Below are positions 44,069 through 53,451 of a stretch of 64,000 bases of DNA, piece by piece. A program made the position numbers and the translations under genes. Position 1 is the stretch's first letter. Each line of letters begins with the position of its first letter. The notes beneath the pieces were generated by a model that had not been told where the DNA came from, ran no database searches, and was given only the letters and a program-made list of their open reading frames with translations. Source of the stretch: a virus (lineage: Duplodnaviria > Heunggongvirae > Uroviricota > Caudoviricetes); the IMG/VR virus record IMGVR_UViG_3300032225_001769, positions 76,612-140,611 of that record; one strand, written 5' to 3'.

Positions 44069-44682
44069 TTCAAATTCTCCTTCAGATGATTAAGAGCATC
44101 GGTATATCCATCCAAATATTCATTACAAACCACCCAATCACAAGAATACTGTGAAATCCATTCTTCTACAATCTTGCAAATCTTCTCACATCCCCGGCGA
44201 GGCACTTGTGTTTTTGTGAGAAGATTACTATTAAGTGTCCGTGGTTTGGGTTCTTCTACTCTTTGATACTTTACACCATTAATCTCAATAATGTCTGGTT
44301 CCTCCGTGTTTGTGTTTGTATTGACAAATACCTTGAGCGTTCTCCCCTCGTCTTGTAGGGATGTGGTGATTTTATTGTCTTTCTCCCAGTTGACATACAC
44401 TCTGCCTTCATCGTGAGTGATTATCTCTACTCTGTTGATTACGGGTTCTGGGTTCCTACAAGATTCTTCATATCGTTCAAGAATTGCATCAATGCGAACC
44501 TTTGTTGCGTCACCAAAATAAACGAGGTTTCCATTACCGTCATCTATAACTCGTCGTATATGTTGAAGAACCTCCACTAGTTCTTTTGTGATTTCAGTCA
44601 TTTCAGTTTCTTCAGTGGTCATAAGGGGGTCTTCATCAATCCAACCAATCAATTTCAAATTTAGTGGAGAATTGCTCTTCAA
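44065..44682 (-). CDS. hypothetical protein (205 aa), paralogous module with 43271..44068
   Basis: ATGA overlap with downstream paralog. Confidence 0.5.
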   Translation of the reverse strand: MKSNSPLNLKLIGWIDEDPLMTTEETEMTEITKELVEVLQHIRRVIDDGNGNLVYFGDATKVRIDAILERYEESCRNPEPVINRVEIITHDEGRVYVNWEKDNKITTSLQDEGRTLKVFVNTNTNTEEPDIIEINGVKYQRVEEPKPRTLNSNLLTKTQVPRRGCEKICKIVEEWISQYSCDWVVCNEYLDGYTDALNHLKENLK

Positions 44683-44977
44683 ACATCTTCATCAAGAGTT
44701 CTTCAAACTGTTCGTAATCATCTTCCATATTCAGTTTTTCCATCAATTCATAAAAATTGGACCAGTAAAGTTGAACAGTAGTCATCAGAGTTCTCCTTGT
44801 GTGTGTGTATTATAAGGCATTATGGACGGTTGTGGGGTTCCCTTGTGACGGTTCAAAGAGTGTCTCCTCACCTCACATCTTTTTCTATTTCTCTATCATA
44901 ATGCATTCCACCAATATCTCTAACCACGTCCATATCTTCTGGAAATTCTTTTAATTTTTCTATCAGGTCTTTGATTT

Positions 44978-45178
44978 TCATTTTAATACCTCACGAATTG
45001 CTGCGATACACTCGGGGCACGGAACTTGTCGTGCTTCACTCATTGTAGCATAAATCGCATGGTCTATATCTTGGAAAACCCAATCAAAAGAATAAATTGA
45101 TTTACCACACCACGATGTTTTCTTACGGTCGGCGTGTGTATGTTGAATGCAGCGAATGTATTCTGGTCTATTAGTCAT
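44978..45178 (-). CDS. Cys/His-rich hypothetical protein (66 aa)
   Basis: ORF track. Confidence 0.4.
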   Translation of the reverse strand: MTNRPEYIRCIQHTHADRKKTSWCGKSIYSFDWVFQDIDHAIYATMSEARQVPCPECIAAIREVLK

Positions 45179-45303
45179 TCTTAAATCCTTTGTGTTTGGT
45201 TTCTGTTTTTAGTGTGTGGTGCATTCTTAACTTTGACCGCCGTTCTATTTCTTTTCTTATATTATCAAGTATTTCTTTTGCTGTTTGGGGTTCCCAACTC
45301 CGG

Positions 45304-45774
45304 TTATTCATAACCAGTTGCCTCGCCATTCAAAATCTCCCAGAAGTCCCATTCTTCACCTCTCATATGCCCTCGCCAGTTTCTAAAGTTATCACGACAA
45401 TCATCAAAACCCCACTTAATTTTCTGTAAGAATTTTTGAGCGGCATTTTGATTTTTGTAGTCTTCAATTAGTTTAGCAATGTCTGGGTGCATTATGATGG
45501 AATTCGCACTATCATCATATAAGTCCCAAAGATTATCATAAAGAATTTTCTCAAAGTCTTTATCTAACTTTTCTTTACCCTCATTTACAATGCTATCCCA
45601 AATGAGTTGTTGTAAATCCACATCACTATAAAGTTCTTGAAGTTGTTCTGCTGTGATTGGAGGTTCTTCCATTGCCAAACGGTGCAGACATTCCACATTC
45701 TCATCATAAAGACGTTCTAATGCAGCAAAGGCATTCTCTTTTGCTTCTATCTTATCGTCTAAAGGGTTAGTCAT
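45304..45774 (-). CDS. hypothetical protein (156 aa)
   Basis: ORF track. Confidence 0.5.
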   Translation of the reverse strand: MTNPLDDKIEAKENAFAALERLYDENVECLHRLAMEEPPITAEQLQELYSDVDLQQLIWDSIVNEGKEKLDKDFEKILYDNLWDLYDDSANSIIMHPDIAKLIEDYKNQNAAQKFLQKIKWGFDDCRDNFRNWRGHMRGEEWDFWEILNGEATGYE

Positions 45775-45775
45775 T

Positions 45776-45985
45776 TCAGTTTCCTACAAAATATGGTAAA
45801 TCGTTTTCTTTAGGTACTGATTGAGTTGCTCCAGGAAAGAGTTTTCGGAGTTCTTGTAATACGGGGATAAGTTCGTGGTCATACTTTATATCTCCACTAT
45901 TGTTTAGTCTCAATAAAAGGTTGTAGAGTTGCCTCAATTGCTCTTCAGTCAAAGACAATTTATAGTTTTTTTGAATTTCAATCAT
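45776..45985 (-). CDS. hypothetical protein (69 aa)
   Basis: ORF track; operon 45776-50007 with serial ATGA/short overlaps. Confidence 0.4.
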   Translation of the reverse strand: MIEIQKNYKLSLTEEQLRQLYNLLLRLNNSGDIKYDHELIPVLQELRKLFPGATQSVPKENDLPYFVGN

Positions 45986-46238
45986 TTTTTAGTTCCTTAT
46001 ACTTAAGTGCAAAGTGTTCGTAAATGCTCATAACAATATGTTCCATATACTCTGTGTGAAGATGCATAGGAATTTTAAGATTAGAACAGAATGCCTGTGC
46101 GTTTGACCTCAAAAGACAATCTCCAATCTGCCCTTCTCTTTTCCATTCTTTATAGTTATCAATCATATCCCACAAAGTTTCTTCGTTTCCGTTGTCTGCG
46201 AAGTAGTTTACAAATTGGTCAATCGTGTAATATTTCAT
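45978..46238 (-). CDS. hypothetical protein (86 aa)
   Basis: ORF track. Confidence 0.4.
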   Translation of the reverse strand: MKYYTIDQFVNYFADNGNEETLWDMIDNYKEWKREGQIGDCLLRSNAQAFCSNLKIPMHLHTEYMEHIVMSIYEHFALKYKELKND

Positions 46239-46477
46239 TATGGTCTGTTTAGTCGGTTGATAGGTTGTTCATAGGGTGTTCCTTTTCGGGTTGGTTGAGA
46301 AACAATAAGAGAGTCTTTTCTCCATGTTTGTAGAATTTCTCCACTTTCTTTATTCATAAGATGCGCCCAGTCAGTTGCTACTATTCCGCAACAATCAATA
46401 AATTTTCCATAAGTGGATACTTCCATTACTGTGGGAAGATGATTATAATGGGAATGAAAGATTGCTACAAGGGTCAT
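46238..46477 (-). CDS. hypothetical protein (79 aa)
   Basis: ORF track. Confidence 0.4.
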   Translation of the reverse strand: MTLVAIFHSHYNHLPTVMEVSTYGKFIDCCGIVATDWAHLMNKESGEILQTWRKDSLIVSQPTRKGTPYEQPINRLNRP

Positions 46478-46749
46478 TTGGTTTCCTCACAAATCATACA
46501 GTATTTACATTGAAAACTAAAGTGGTCTTTATGATGAGAATATTTCTCACCTCTTAGTTCCCACGAATAATAAATCTCATACCAGTGCTCATCTTCATGG
46601 TCTGATGCTGGATAGATTTTAATCTCATCAATCGTTACGACACGATTAGCACCATCAGAAGGAACCCAACGAGTTCCAACTTTAAGTTCTTCTCTGGGAA
46701 AAAGGTGACGGAAAATTACTTTATGTCCGTTAATGATTTCAGTTTCCAT
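46474..46749 (-). CDS. hypothetical protein (91 aa)
   Basis: ORF track. Confidence 0.4.
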   Translation of the reverse strand: METEIINGHKVIFRHLFPREELKVGTRWVPSDGANRVVTIDEIKIYPASDHEDEHWYEIYYSWELRGEKYSHHKDHFSFQCKYCMICEETK

Positions 46750-46772
46750 TGGTTTGGTTGCTTATGCGAGTA

Positions 46773-47087
46773 TTATAGCACCTTTGGGGGTGGGTTGGGG
46801 TCTGAAGGGACAGTTTGTGAAGTGTCTGGTTCAATATATTCAATTTTATCTTTTTGAGATTTTTGGAAATCCTCAATAATAATATCATTTGCCCAGTGTT
46901 TGTTTGAAAAGGAATCCATGTTGGAAATGTCTACCCAGAAAAACCACAGGAATTTCTTTTGGGGATGATACCAAACTTTTCCGTCTCCTTTGGTGACTTT
47001 TTTAATGCGATAATTATTCATTGTGTCTTGTTCTGGTAAGAAATCTTCTCGTATTAATTGTGCTTTAGGAAATTCTGGTTTCTTCAT
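46773..47087 (-). CDS. hypothetical protein (104 aa), paralog of 29818..30039
   Basis: MNNYRIKKVTKGDGKVWYHPQKKFLWFFWVD core. Confidence 0.4.
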   Translation of the reverse strand: MKKPEFPKAQLIREDFLPEQDTMNNYRIKKVTKGDGKVWYHPQKKFLWFFWVDISNMDSFSNKHWANDIIIEDFQKSQKDKIEYIEPDTSQTVPSDPNPPPKVL

Positions 47088-47090
47088 TTT

Positions 47091-47474
47091 TCAGTCCCAA
47101 TGAGTAACAAGTTCAGGGCGAGGTTCAATGTATGTTTCAGATGCTGCTAAAATAGAAAAAGTTTCTTTCATTTCTGTAGTAGTATATGTTCTATCCATAT
47201 AAAACATCCTAAAATATTGACTTTTCCACCATTCGGACGGTATGCGATTTAAATATGGTTTAACATTCCACATCTCTTCAGAAATCTGGGTGCCTTTATA
47301 TCTGTTTCCATCAGGTCCTTCTAATAGTAAAATATCAGCCATTTTCATCATCAAATCTAAAAGGATAAAGTTTTTGAACACCACCGTATTTGTAAGTGAT
47401 TTCGTGTTCCAACTGACGAATATACACATAGACGGGTTCTGGAACAGCAAAGTGTTCCAGTTCTTTCTTTTCAT
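47091..47474 (-). CDS. hypothetical protein (127 aa)
   Basis: ORF track. Confidence 0.4.
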   Translation of the reverse strand: MKRKNWNTLLFQNPSMCIFVSWNTKSLTNTVVFKNFILLDLMMKMADILLLEGPDGNRYKGTQISEEMWNVKPYLNRIPSEWWKSQYFRMFYMDRTYTTTEMKETFSILAASETYIEPRPELVTHWD

Positions 47475-47495
47475 TATAGCAGGAAATATAATCAG

Positions 47496-47699
47496 TCATT
47501 CTTCAACCCCCATTAGATTGTATTCGTCATCACAAGAATACCCGCAATTTTTACATTTGTAAACATCAATCATAATCATAGTTTCAGAATTCACTAAAGG
47601 AGCAGATAACATATATCTAGCACCATACTCTGTTTCTGGATTAATTGCAATACCCAATCCAATTTCACCTTTACATTCAGGGCATACTAGGTTAGTCAT
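47496..47699 (-). CDS. zinc-ribbon hypothetical protein (67 aa; CPEC..CKNCGYSC)
   Basis: ORF track. Confidence 0.4.
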   Translation of the reverse strand: MTNLVCPECKGEIGLGIAINPETEYGARYMLSAPLVNSETMIMIDVYKCKNCGYSCDDEYNLMGVEE

Positions 47700-47943
47700 T
47701 CTTCAACCAATCTTTTTCTACTTCCCACGCCCAATTTATCACAACCCAGTCCATAATGCAATCATCCTTTGTGTAGTGTTTATCCACATATTCCTTTCCA
47801 AACTTTCTATGCATCTCTTCAAACCAAAAAGGTGCATACTCAACTAAAATCTGCTCTTCACTTAAAGTTCTTGTAATGTCTAATCCCATCGGAGAAGGAG
47901 AAACATACGCATAGTATTTCATACGTTCGCAACCTCCGTCCAT
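47692..47943 (-). CDS. hypothetical protein (83 aa)
   Basis: ORF track. Confidence 0.4.
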   Translation of the reverse strand: MDGGCERMKYYAYVSPSPMGLDITRTLSEEQILVEYAPFWFEEMHRKFGKEYVDKHYTKDDCIMDWVVINWAWEVEKDWLKND

Positions 47944-48152
47944 TTTCCATCAACAGTAGCATAAAATTTTGGATACTCTCTCAACTTAAGAATACACGAC
48001 AATGCTTCATTCCAATCATCAAAGATTGGTTGCTCAAAATCAAGATTTTCTTCAATTGGTTGTTTGATTACTTGATACTTAATTTTCCAGGTTTTTTTAT
48101 CAAGAAACTCGGTGATTGAGTAGTCTTTTAGAATTTCAGGTTGTTCAGTCAT
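47919..48152 (-). CDS. hypothetical protein (77 aa)
   Basis: ORF track. Confidence 0.4.
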   Translation of the reverse strand: MTEQPEILKDYSITEFLDKKTWKIKYQVIKQPIEENLDFEQPIFDDWNEALSCILKLREYPKFYATVDGKWTEVANV

Positions 48153-48433
48153 TTAGTTTCTCCGTCATAAGTTGCTTTTGGGCCATTAACCTCACACCAA
48201 ATATTTGGAATATAAGGTGTAGTCTTTGGTGGAATTGGTTTAGAATATGGAGTTATTTTATCGAGAGTATTAGACAAAATGTTTGGATACTCGTGTAGAT
48301 ATTTCTCTATAATATCATACTGCCATCCACTTTCACGACCATAAGTTTGAACTCCATAATCTTCTGCACTATTCCTATCGGGGAAACAAGCAATAAACTT
48401 ATTTTCTTTATTGTAAATTGCGTAAACTTTCAT
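48149..48433 (-). CDS. hypothetical protein (94 aa)
   Basis: ORF track. Confidence 0.4.
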   Translation of the reverse strand: MKVYAIYNKENKFIACFPDRNSAEDYGVQTYGRESGWQYDIIEKYLHEYPNILSNTLDKITPYSKPIPPKTTPYIPNIWCEVNGPKATYDGETK

Positions 48434-48627
48434 TTTGTTTCTCCCAATTTAATGAAGTCATATTTAATCTTGCATTTTGCCTGCTGTTCAATACAATATT
48501 TGATTGTATCACTCTCTGCGTCTTGTGAACCTACATCGTAACCCAACGCAAATGTAATACCAAGTATAATAGTTGCAAAAATAACAAGAGGAAAAGATAA
48601 ATCATCGTCCATTTTCAAGTTCCTCAC
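48430..48627 (-). CDS. small membrane protein (65 aa)
   Basis: ORF track; hydrophobic core IFATIILGITFALGY. Confidence 0.4.
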   Translation of the reverse strand: MRNLKMDDDLSFPLVIFATIILGITFALGYDVGSQDAESDTIKYCIEQQAKCKIKYDFIKLGETK

Positions 48628-48820
48628 AAAGTTCTAAAATATCAGCACACATAATCACGGGACCAACAGTAGTTCCTTGCTGCAGTTGATTTATAAGTTC
48701 TTTGAAGGCAGCAACAAGAGCACGATGTTCGTGAAATGGATTATATCCGTTTACAACAAACTCTTGCTCCCAAGCATCATAGATTTTTTGTGTTTGTTCA
48801 GTAATTATTTCTTTAGTCAT
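48602..48820 (-). CDS. hypothetical protein (72 aa)
   Basis: ORF track. Confidence 0.4.
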   Translation of the reverse strand: MTKEIITEQTQKIYDAWEQEFVVNGYNPFHEHRALVAAFKELINQLQQGTTVGPVIMCADILELCEELENGR

Positions 48821-49020
48821 TGTAGATTTATTTGGTGAGTTTTAACTACTACCATATGATTTTTCTTAATGATATTCAGAGCATCCTCGTAAATTTCACA
48901 AACGCTTCCCCGCAATTCTGGATACTCTTCAAAATATCCAAATTTACCAGATTTAAGTGGTTTGAAATAAATTTCAGGTCCATTCCCAAATCTAATTTCT
49001 TCAATACGATAATCCATCAA
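48817..49020 (-). CDS. hypothetical protein (67 aa)
   Basis: ORF track. Confidence 0.4.
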   Translation of the reverse strand: MMDYRIEEIRFGNGPEIYFKPLKSGKFGYFEEYPELRGSVCEIYEDALNIIKKNHMVVVKTHQINLQ

Positions 49021-49292
49021 AATTCCTCCGCAATTAGAACACCATTTAGATAGGCAATACCCGTTTTATCAAGTTCTTCTTTTACTCTTCGTTTTTCTTC
49101 CAGTTCATCAATTTTCCCTGCGGCAAAGGCACCGAAGTCAATATCATCACATTCAGATTGGACATAAGAAGGTAGTTCATCTATAAGATAATCATCAAAG
49201 GCAAGAAAGACTTGAATTGCTCGTTGCTTATCGTTTGTAGGTGATGCAATGATTTTCGTGATGGTTTCAAATAGGTCTTCCATTGTGTTCAT
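49017..49292 (-). CDS. acidic hypothetical protein (91 aa)
   Basis: ORF track. Confidence 0.4.
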   Translation of the reverse strand: MNTMEDLFETITKIIASPTNDKQRAIQVFLAFDDYLIDELPSYVQSECDDIDFGAFAAGKIDELEEKRRVKEELDKTGIAYLNGVLIAEEF

Positions 49293-49594
49293 TTTTGATT
49301 TTGTTGTGTTTTCAAGTATTGCATATAATCATATTCGTATTTACATTCTTTTGGTTTTTCATTACAAAATTTAATTCCTTCGGTTCGTCCAAGTTCTATG
49401 TGTTCTGGTTTTGAAAATGTTTTACCCATACCAACACAACTTGCAACTATTACAAACACAAAACCCATAAAGAATATACAACTAAGGCATCCAAGGCATC
49501 CAGAGGGGTCGTTATCAATCATTTCAGTTTCTTTGAGTGTCTTTACATCATAGCACAAGGCACACTGCTCGCAAAGAACAGTGTGCCGGTTCAA
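49289..49594 (-). CDS. membrane hypothetical protein (101 aa)
   Basis: ORF track; TM segment LSCIFFMGFVFVIVASCVG. Confidence 0.4.
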   Translation of the reverse strand: MNRHTVLCEQCALCYDVKTLKETEMIDNDPSGCLGCLSCIFFMGFVFVIVASCVGMGKTFSKPEHIELGRTEGIKFCNEKPKECKYEYDYMQYLKTQQNQK

Positions 49595-50007
49595 GGAGTG
49601 TCACATACTTGAACAGAGAATGTTACAGTTCTTATACTTGAACTATGATCAAAAGTTACTTCCATACTTATCACTTGTGCTTTATTCGTTTTTATTTTAT
49701 CGGCAGTTTGAAGAAAAGAGTCATTGACAGAATCTAAGTCATAACATGAGAATTTTCTTGGTAATTTTGAACTAATTGAAGTGACACCATGTGTTGCTGC
49801 AGTAATATAAGGGTAACTTGCTGAAACTGAAGCAGTGCCACTTGTGACACTGGATGTAGTCATATACTTATCAAGCGCAAGTGGTGAATCTGATATAGTC
49901 AGTACAGTTGCCCCAGTCACCTTTGGTTCTTCTTTCTTCGGTTCTTCTTTCTTCGGTTCTTCTTTCTTTCCGTGAAGTTCTTCGTATTTTTCTAAAAGTG
50001 GATTCAT
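49591..50007 (-). CDS. hypothetical protein (138 aa) with N-terminal KKEEPK x3 repeat and Ser/Thr-rich middle
   Basis: ORF track. Confidence 0.4.
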   Translation of the reverse strand: MNPLLEKYEELHGKKEEPKKEEPKKEEPKVTGATVLTISDSPLALDKYMTTSSVTSGTASVSASYPYITAATHGVTSISSKLPRKFSCYDLDSVNDSFLQTADKIKTNKAQVISMEVTFDHSSSIRTVTFSVQVCDTP

Positions 50008-50008
50008 A

Positions 50009-50593
50009 TTAGTATTGTATAGATTTCATAAGGTTAATAGTATCTTCTAGTTTCTTTTGACGATTAAGAAGATGAAAATAGAATCGTAGAGTATTCAGTG
50101 CATCTACATCGGCCCGATGACTTTCTCCAATAAATGGACACTTATAACGATTCATTGATTTACGAAGGCCTCCACTGGGACTTCTACCATTCACTTGCTC
50201 CAGAAAAACATAAGTTGTCTTTACATCAATGATACGACGACCAAAGAAAGGAAAATCTATATTTCTATCATGAAATTCTTGAAGTAATTCAGACGCATCT
50301 CCTTGTCCCCATGTAATAGGATTTACAAAAACATTATTTGTCGTAAGAAGTGCTCCAAGTTCTTCTGCAAGAGTTTCATGAGTGACTGATTGGTTCTGCA
50401 CCATATCATCTGTGATACCAGTCAATTGAGTAATAAAGGGAGTAATTTCTTCTTGAGGATTTAGATACCAACTGAACGTCTTAATGTTTTCTTGGTCATC
50501 AATAGAACCAATAGCGATTCCAACCTGAATAATTTTTGGTACTGAACCATCACGTTTTGAATTTAGTTCCAGATCTAGGGAAAAATAGTTCAT
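50009..50593 (-). CDS. DEDDh 3'-5' exonuclease (T4 DexA-like)
   Basis: 194 aa; Exo I FSLDLELNS (DxE), Exo III HRADVDALNT (H-x4-D). Confidence 0.6.
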   Translation of the reverse strand: MNYFSLDLELNSKRDGSVPKIIQVGIAIGSIDDQENIKTFSWYLNPQEEITPFITQLTGITDDMVQNQSVTHETLAEELGALLTTNNVFVNPITWGQGDASELLQEFHDRNIDFPFFGRRIIDVKTTYVFLEQVNGRSPSGGLRKSMNRYKCPFIGESHRADVDALNTLRFYFHLLNRQKKLEDTINLMKSIQY

Positions 50594-50595
50594 TA

Positions 50596-51174
50596 TTACT
50601 CTGAAAGTTTGACAATACCTTTTTTAAGAAATCCATAGTCTCTTACTTCAGTTACAGACTTAGTTTCTCCACAAACATCACACTCTGCCACCCAACGTGA
50701 AGAACAAGAAACTGAGTACTGTCCATACTCAGTTCCACACTCATTACAAACTTGATATGCATTATAAAGAGTTTCTTTAGTTATAGAGGGTTTCCCATAT
50801 GTCTCTGGAAGAATCTCACCAAGTTTTGCTTTCAGTTCACGAATTTCTGCTTTCAGATTCTTTGTTTCTTCATCAAGTTTTTTTTGATAATCTTCTTCCA
50901 TAATGAGATCATACTCATTTGCAAGATTCTTCATATCTTCAGGGGAACGCATATCATTAAAGGCAAGACGACAAGCACCTGAAGCAATGCTATTTTCAGC
51001 ATATCCCATTGCAAACATAAACTTCTTAAAGAGTTCAAAGAGTTGAGTTGTATCCAGGTCTTCTGCGGGTGCCTCAATAGTAATATGTTCTTCAGGTGGA
51101 AGTTCATTAAAGACCCAACTACTACCAGACCAGGTGCTATCAAATTTGAGAGTAACTTTTGCGTTGTATGTCAT
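50596..51174 (-). CDS. hypothetical protein (192 aa) with C-terminal zinc ribbon (CNECG...CDVCG)
   Basis: ORF track. Confidence 0.45.
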   Translation of the reverse strand: MTYNAKVTLKFDSTWSGSSWVFNELPPEEHITIEAPAEDLDTTQLFELFKKFMFAMGYAENSIASGACRLAFNDMRSPEDMKNLANEYDLIMEEDYQKKLDEETKNLKAEIRELKAKLGEILPETYGKPSITKETLYNAYQVCNECGTEYGQYSVSCSSRWVAECDVCGETKSVTEVRDYGFLKKGIVKLSE

Positions 51175-51255
51175 AATGTAGTTTGATTACTCACATACTA
51201 TAAGATTTCTCAGTGCAAAAGTCAAGTCTTTTGGGACAGTTTCAGATTCTGATAC

Positions 51256-51480
51256 TCATACCTTATAATCTTCCTGGCGATATCCACTGACAACGTTATC
51301 GTCCCATGCGGTTGGTAGATTATTTTCTCTTGCTTTTAGATGATTCAAACCTGAAACTGGAAGACCCTCCAAGTCCTCTTCGTGTAAGATTCCATCTAAT
51401 TGAGAAATTTCATTAAATGTTTTAGGAAATCTAAGTGCTCCACTGTGCATCCATTCAATATTTCGGTTTGTTCTTGACAT
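51256..51480 (-). CDS. hypothetical protein (74 aa)
   Basis: ORF track. Confidence 0.4.
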   Translation of the reverse strand: MSRTNRNIEWMHSGALRFPKTFNEISQLDGILHEEDLEGLPVSGLNHLKARENNLPTAWDDNVVSGYRQEDYKV

Positions 51481-51516
51481 TTTACAAGTCCTCAGATATG
51501 AACATTGGTAATTATA

Positions 51517-51747
51517 TCACTTATTCAATTGCTTTTCAAGTTCCTTTGCTATTCTCAGAGAACGACGCCACATTAAGTATTTTGCCCATGGCATTTGAGG
51601 ATTATTCCATAACCACCACTTAGTCTTTTCATATTGAAATCTCAATATTTTAAAGGATGAGATAATGGCATAAGCAATACTAGCATCAGTATAAATTAAC
51701 CAAAGAAAAAAGCAAAATATTAAAATCAAGTAATATTCAAAGTTCAT
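51517..51747 (-). CDS. small membrane protein (76 aa)
   Basis: ORF track; N-terminal TM helix. Confidence 0.4.
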   Translation of the reverse strand: MNFEYYLILIFCFFLWLIYTDASIAYAIISSFKILRFQYEKTKWWLWNNPQMPWAKYLMWRRSLRIAKELEKQLNK

Positions 51748-51791
51748 TTTTTAACTTTCTACATCTATCTATTCTATTATTTAACAAAGTT

Positions 51792-52031
51792 TTATAGGAA
51801 TGCATCCAGAGATGATGAACTCAATTTAACTTTATTTGTGACTTTAATCTGCTTATTGATATAAGATTTAGCACTCACAAGATTTGTAGTGACATGAACC
51901 TGTTGACCATTATGAATGATCATAAACTGCTTACCAAAAGGAACTGCCGCCCACATTCCATCCTTAGTCACATAACCAGCTGGGCCAGAAGGTTTGGGAT
52001 TCAATAGTCCATAATTTGGAATGTTTGTCAA
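51792..52031 (-). CDS. hypothetical protein (79 aa)
   Basis: ORF track. Confidence 0.4.
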   Translation of the reverse strand: MTNIPNYGLLNPKPSGPAGYVTKDGMWAAVPFGKQFMIIHNGQQVHVTTNLVSAKSYINKQIKVTNKVKLSSSSLDAFL

Positions 52032-52170
52032 AATACTGCAGTCACATTCATGATTCGTGCATTCGGATACTGCGATTTTGCAACTCGTTTTGCATCTTCA
52101 TAATCACGGGCATAGCATTCCACATAGAACACATTGCCTTGAACGTAGCATTGTACACGGTGCTTCATAA

Positions 52171-53421
52171 TTACCTCTGGATTGTAGAAATTGCAGGTTG
52201 GCCTTGAACAAAAATGGTATCGACAACTGCCTGCATTTTTTTGGCGGTTGTGAGACCAGTGTTACTATAGACGGGAACATGAACGAATCCATATGCCTTG
52301 TGATAGTTCTCAAACTGTCCAGGAATCAGAGTCCCTTCTGAGAGGCGCCTAGCATCGTCTGTATGGAGTCTAATCACCCGACCGATGGTCTGCGCCATGG
52401 CAATCGTGTCCATGTTCCTCATGAGGACGCAGGAGGTCAATCCTGGGCAGTTGATTCCCTCACTGAGAATGGAGTAGTGAAGAAGAATGAATTTCTTCTC
52501 AGAATCCTTACCCCACTGAGTCAAAGTGTCGAAGAACACTTCACGACTGACCTTTTGATTGTTAATGAATGCACCATACTTTGCAGTAATCCACAATACA
52601 TCATAACCATTTGACTTCACTTCAGTCATAAACTCAGTTTCTGCCAACATGCGAATGAGAACTTTAGTATTTGGTGCTGCCACCAACACCTTTTGCATGT
52701 TATCCTCATTCAAGATTGTATCAAGCAATGTGATACAATCACGTTCTGCGGCATGATCTTTGTTACGATCAGTTTTCATAGAATGTACTTGAACTTGAGG
52801 AGATAGAATGAATCCACCATCAACCAATTCAGGTGCAGATACATTACAGATGATGTTACCGTAGATCTCAGCATCATTCATTCCGGGTTTATGAATTGTA
52901 TTGCTATATTTTGGAGTAGCAGTAAAGAAGAAAGTTCTATCTGCTTCCGTAGAAAAATACTCTACGGCAGAGAAGAAATGGCGTTTAATAGAATTATGTG
53001 CCTCATCAAACAAAATCGTATTCACTTTAACTCCAGAACTTTGTAGTTTCTCCAGAGAATTATAAGTGGTAAAGATGATTTTATGACCTGAAGTTGCTTC
53101 TACCCAACCACGAATCACGGTAGGACGAGTGCTACTGAAGTGCCTAGTTTCTCCAGAGTGAACATGAAGAACAGAAGCATTAGTAATATGCTCTAAAAAT
53201 TCAGCAGACAATTGTTCACTCAAAAGAATCCTAGGAGCAACCACTACAACAGTCTGAGGAACGCTATTGGAAAACTCTCTGACAGCATCAAAGATCATCG
53301 TAGGAGTCTTCCCTGCTCCAGTAGGCATCACAAGGATTCCCTTACTATGGTTTGCCATGGCATCAAGACCACGTTGCTGATGAGGACGAAGAATCATGAG
53401 TTGCGTTGTGTATGAAGTCAT
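52171..53421 (-). CDS. SF2 DEAD/DEAH-box helicase (ResIII-like; possible UvsW-type recombination helicase)
   Basis: 416 aa; motif I PTGAGKT, motif II DEAH, motif III TAT, motif VI QTIGRVIR. Confidence 0.7.
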   Translation of the reverse strand: MTSYTTQLMILRPHQQRGLDAMANHSKGILVMPTGAGKTPTMIFDAVREFSNSVPQTVVVVAPRILLSEQLSAEFLEHITNASVLHVHSGETRHFSSTRPTVIRGWVEATSGHKIIFTTYNSLEKLQSSGVKVNTILFDEAHNSIKRHFFSAVEYFSTEADRTFFFTATPKYSNTIHKPGMNDAEIYGNIICNVSAPELVDGGFILSPQVQVHSMKTDRNKDHAAERDCITLLDTILNEDNMQKVLVAAPNTKVLIRMLAETEFMTEVKSNGYDVLWITAKYGAFINNQKVSREVFFDTLTQWGKDSEKKFILLHYSILSEGINCPGLTSCVLMRNMDTIAMAQTIGRVIRLHTDDARRLSEGTLIPGQFENYHKAYGFVHVPVYSNTGLTTAKKMQAVVDTIFVQGQPAISTIQR

Positions 53422-53430
53422 TATAGCATT

Positions 53431-53451
53431 AAAAACCCCCTATGACGGGGG
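53431..53451 (-). terminator. rho-independent terminator CCCCCGTCATAGGGGG + T5 ending the late fibre operon
   Basis: GC hairpin + U-tract on transcribed strand. Confidence 0.6.
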
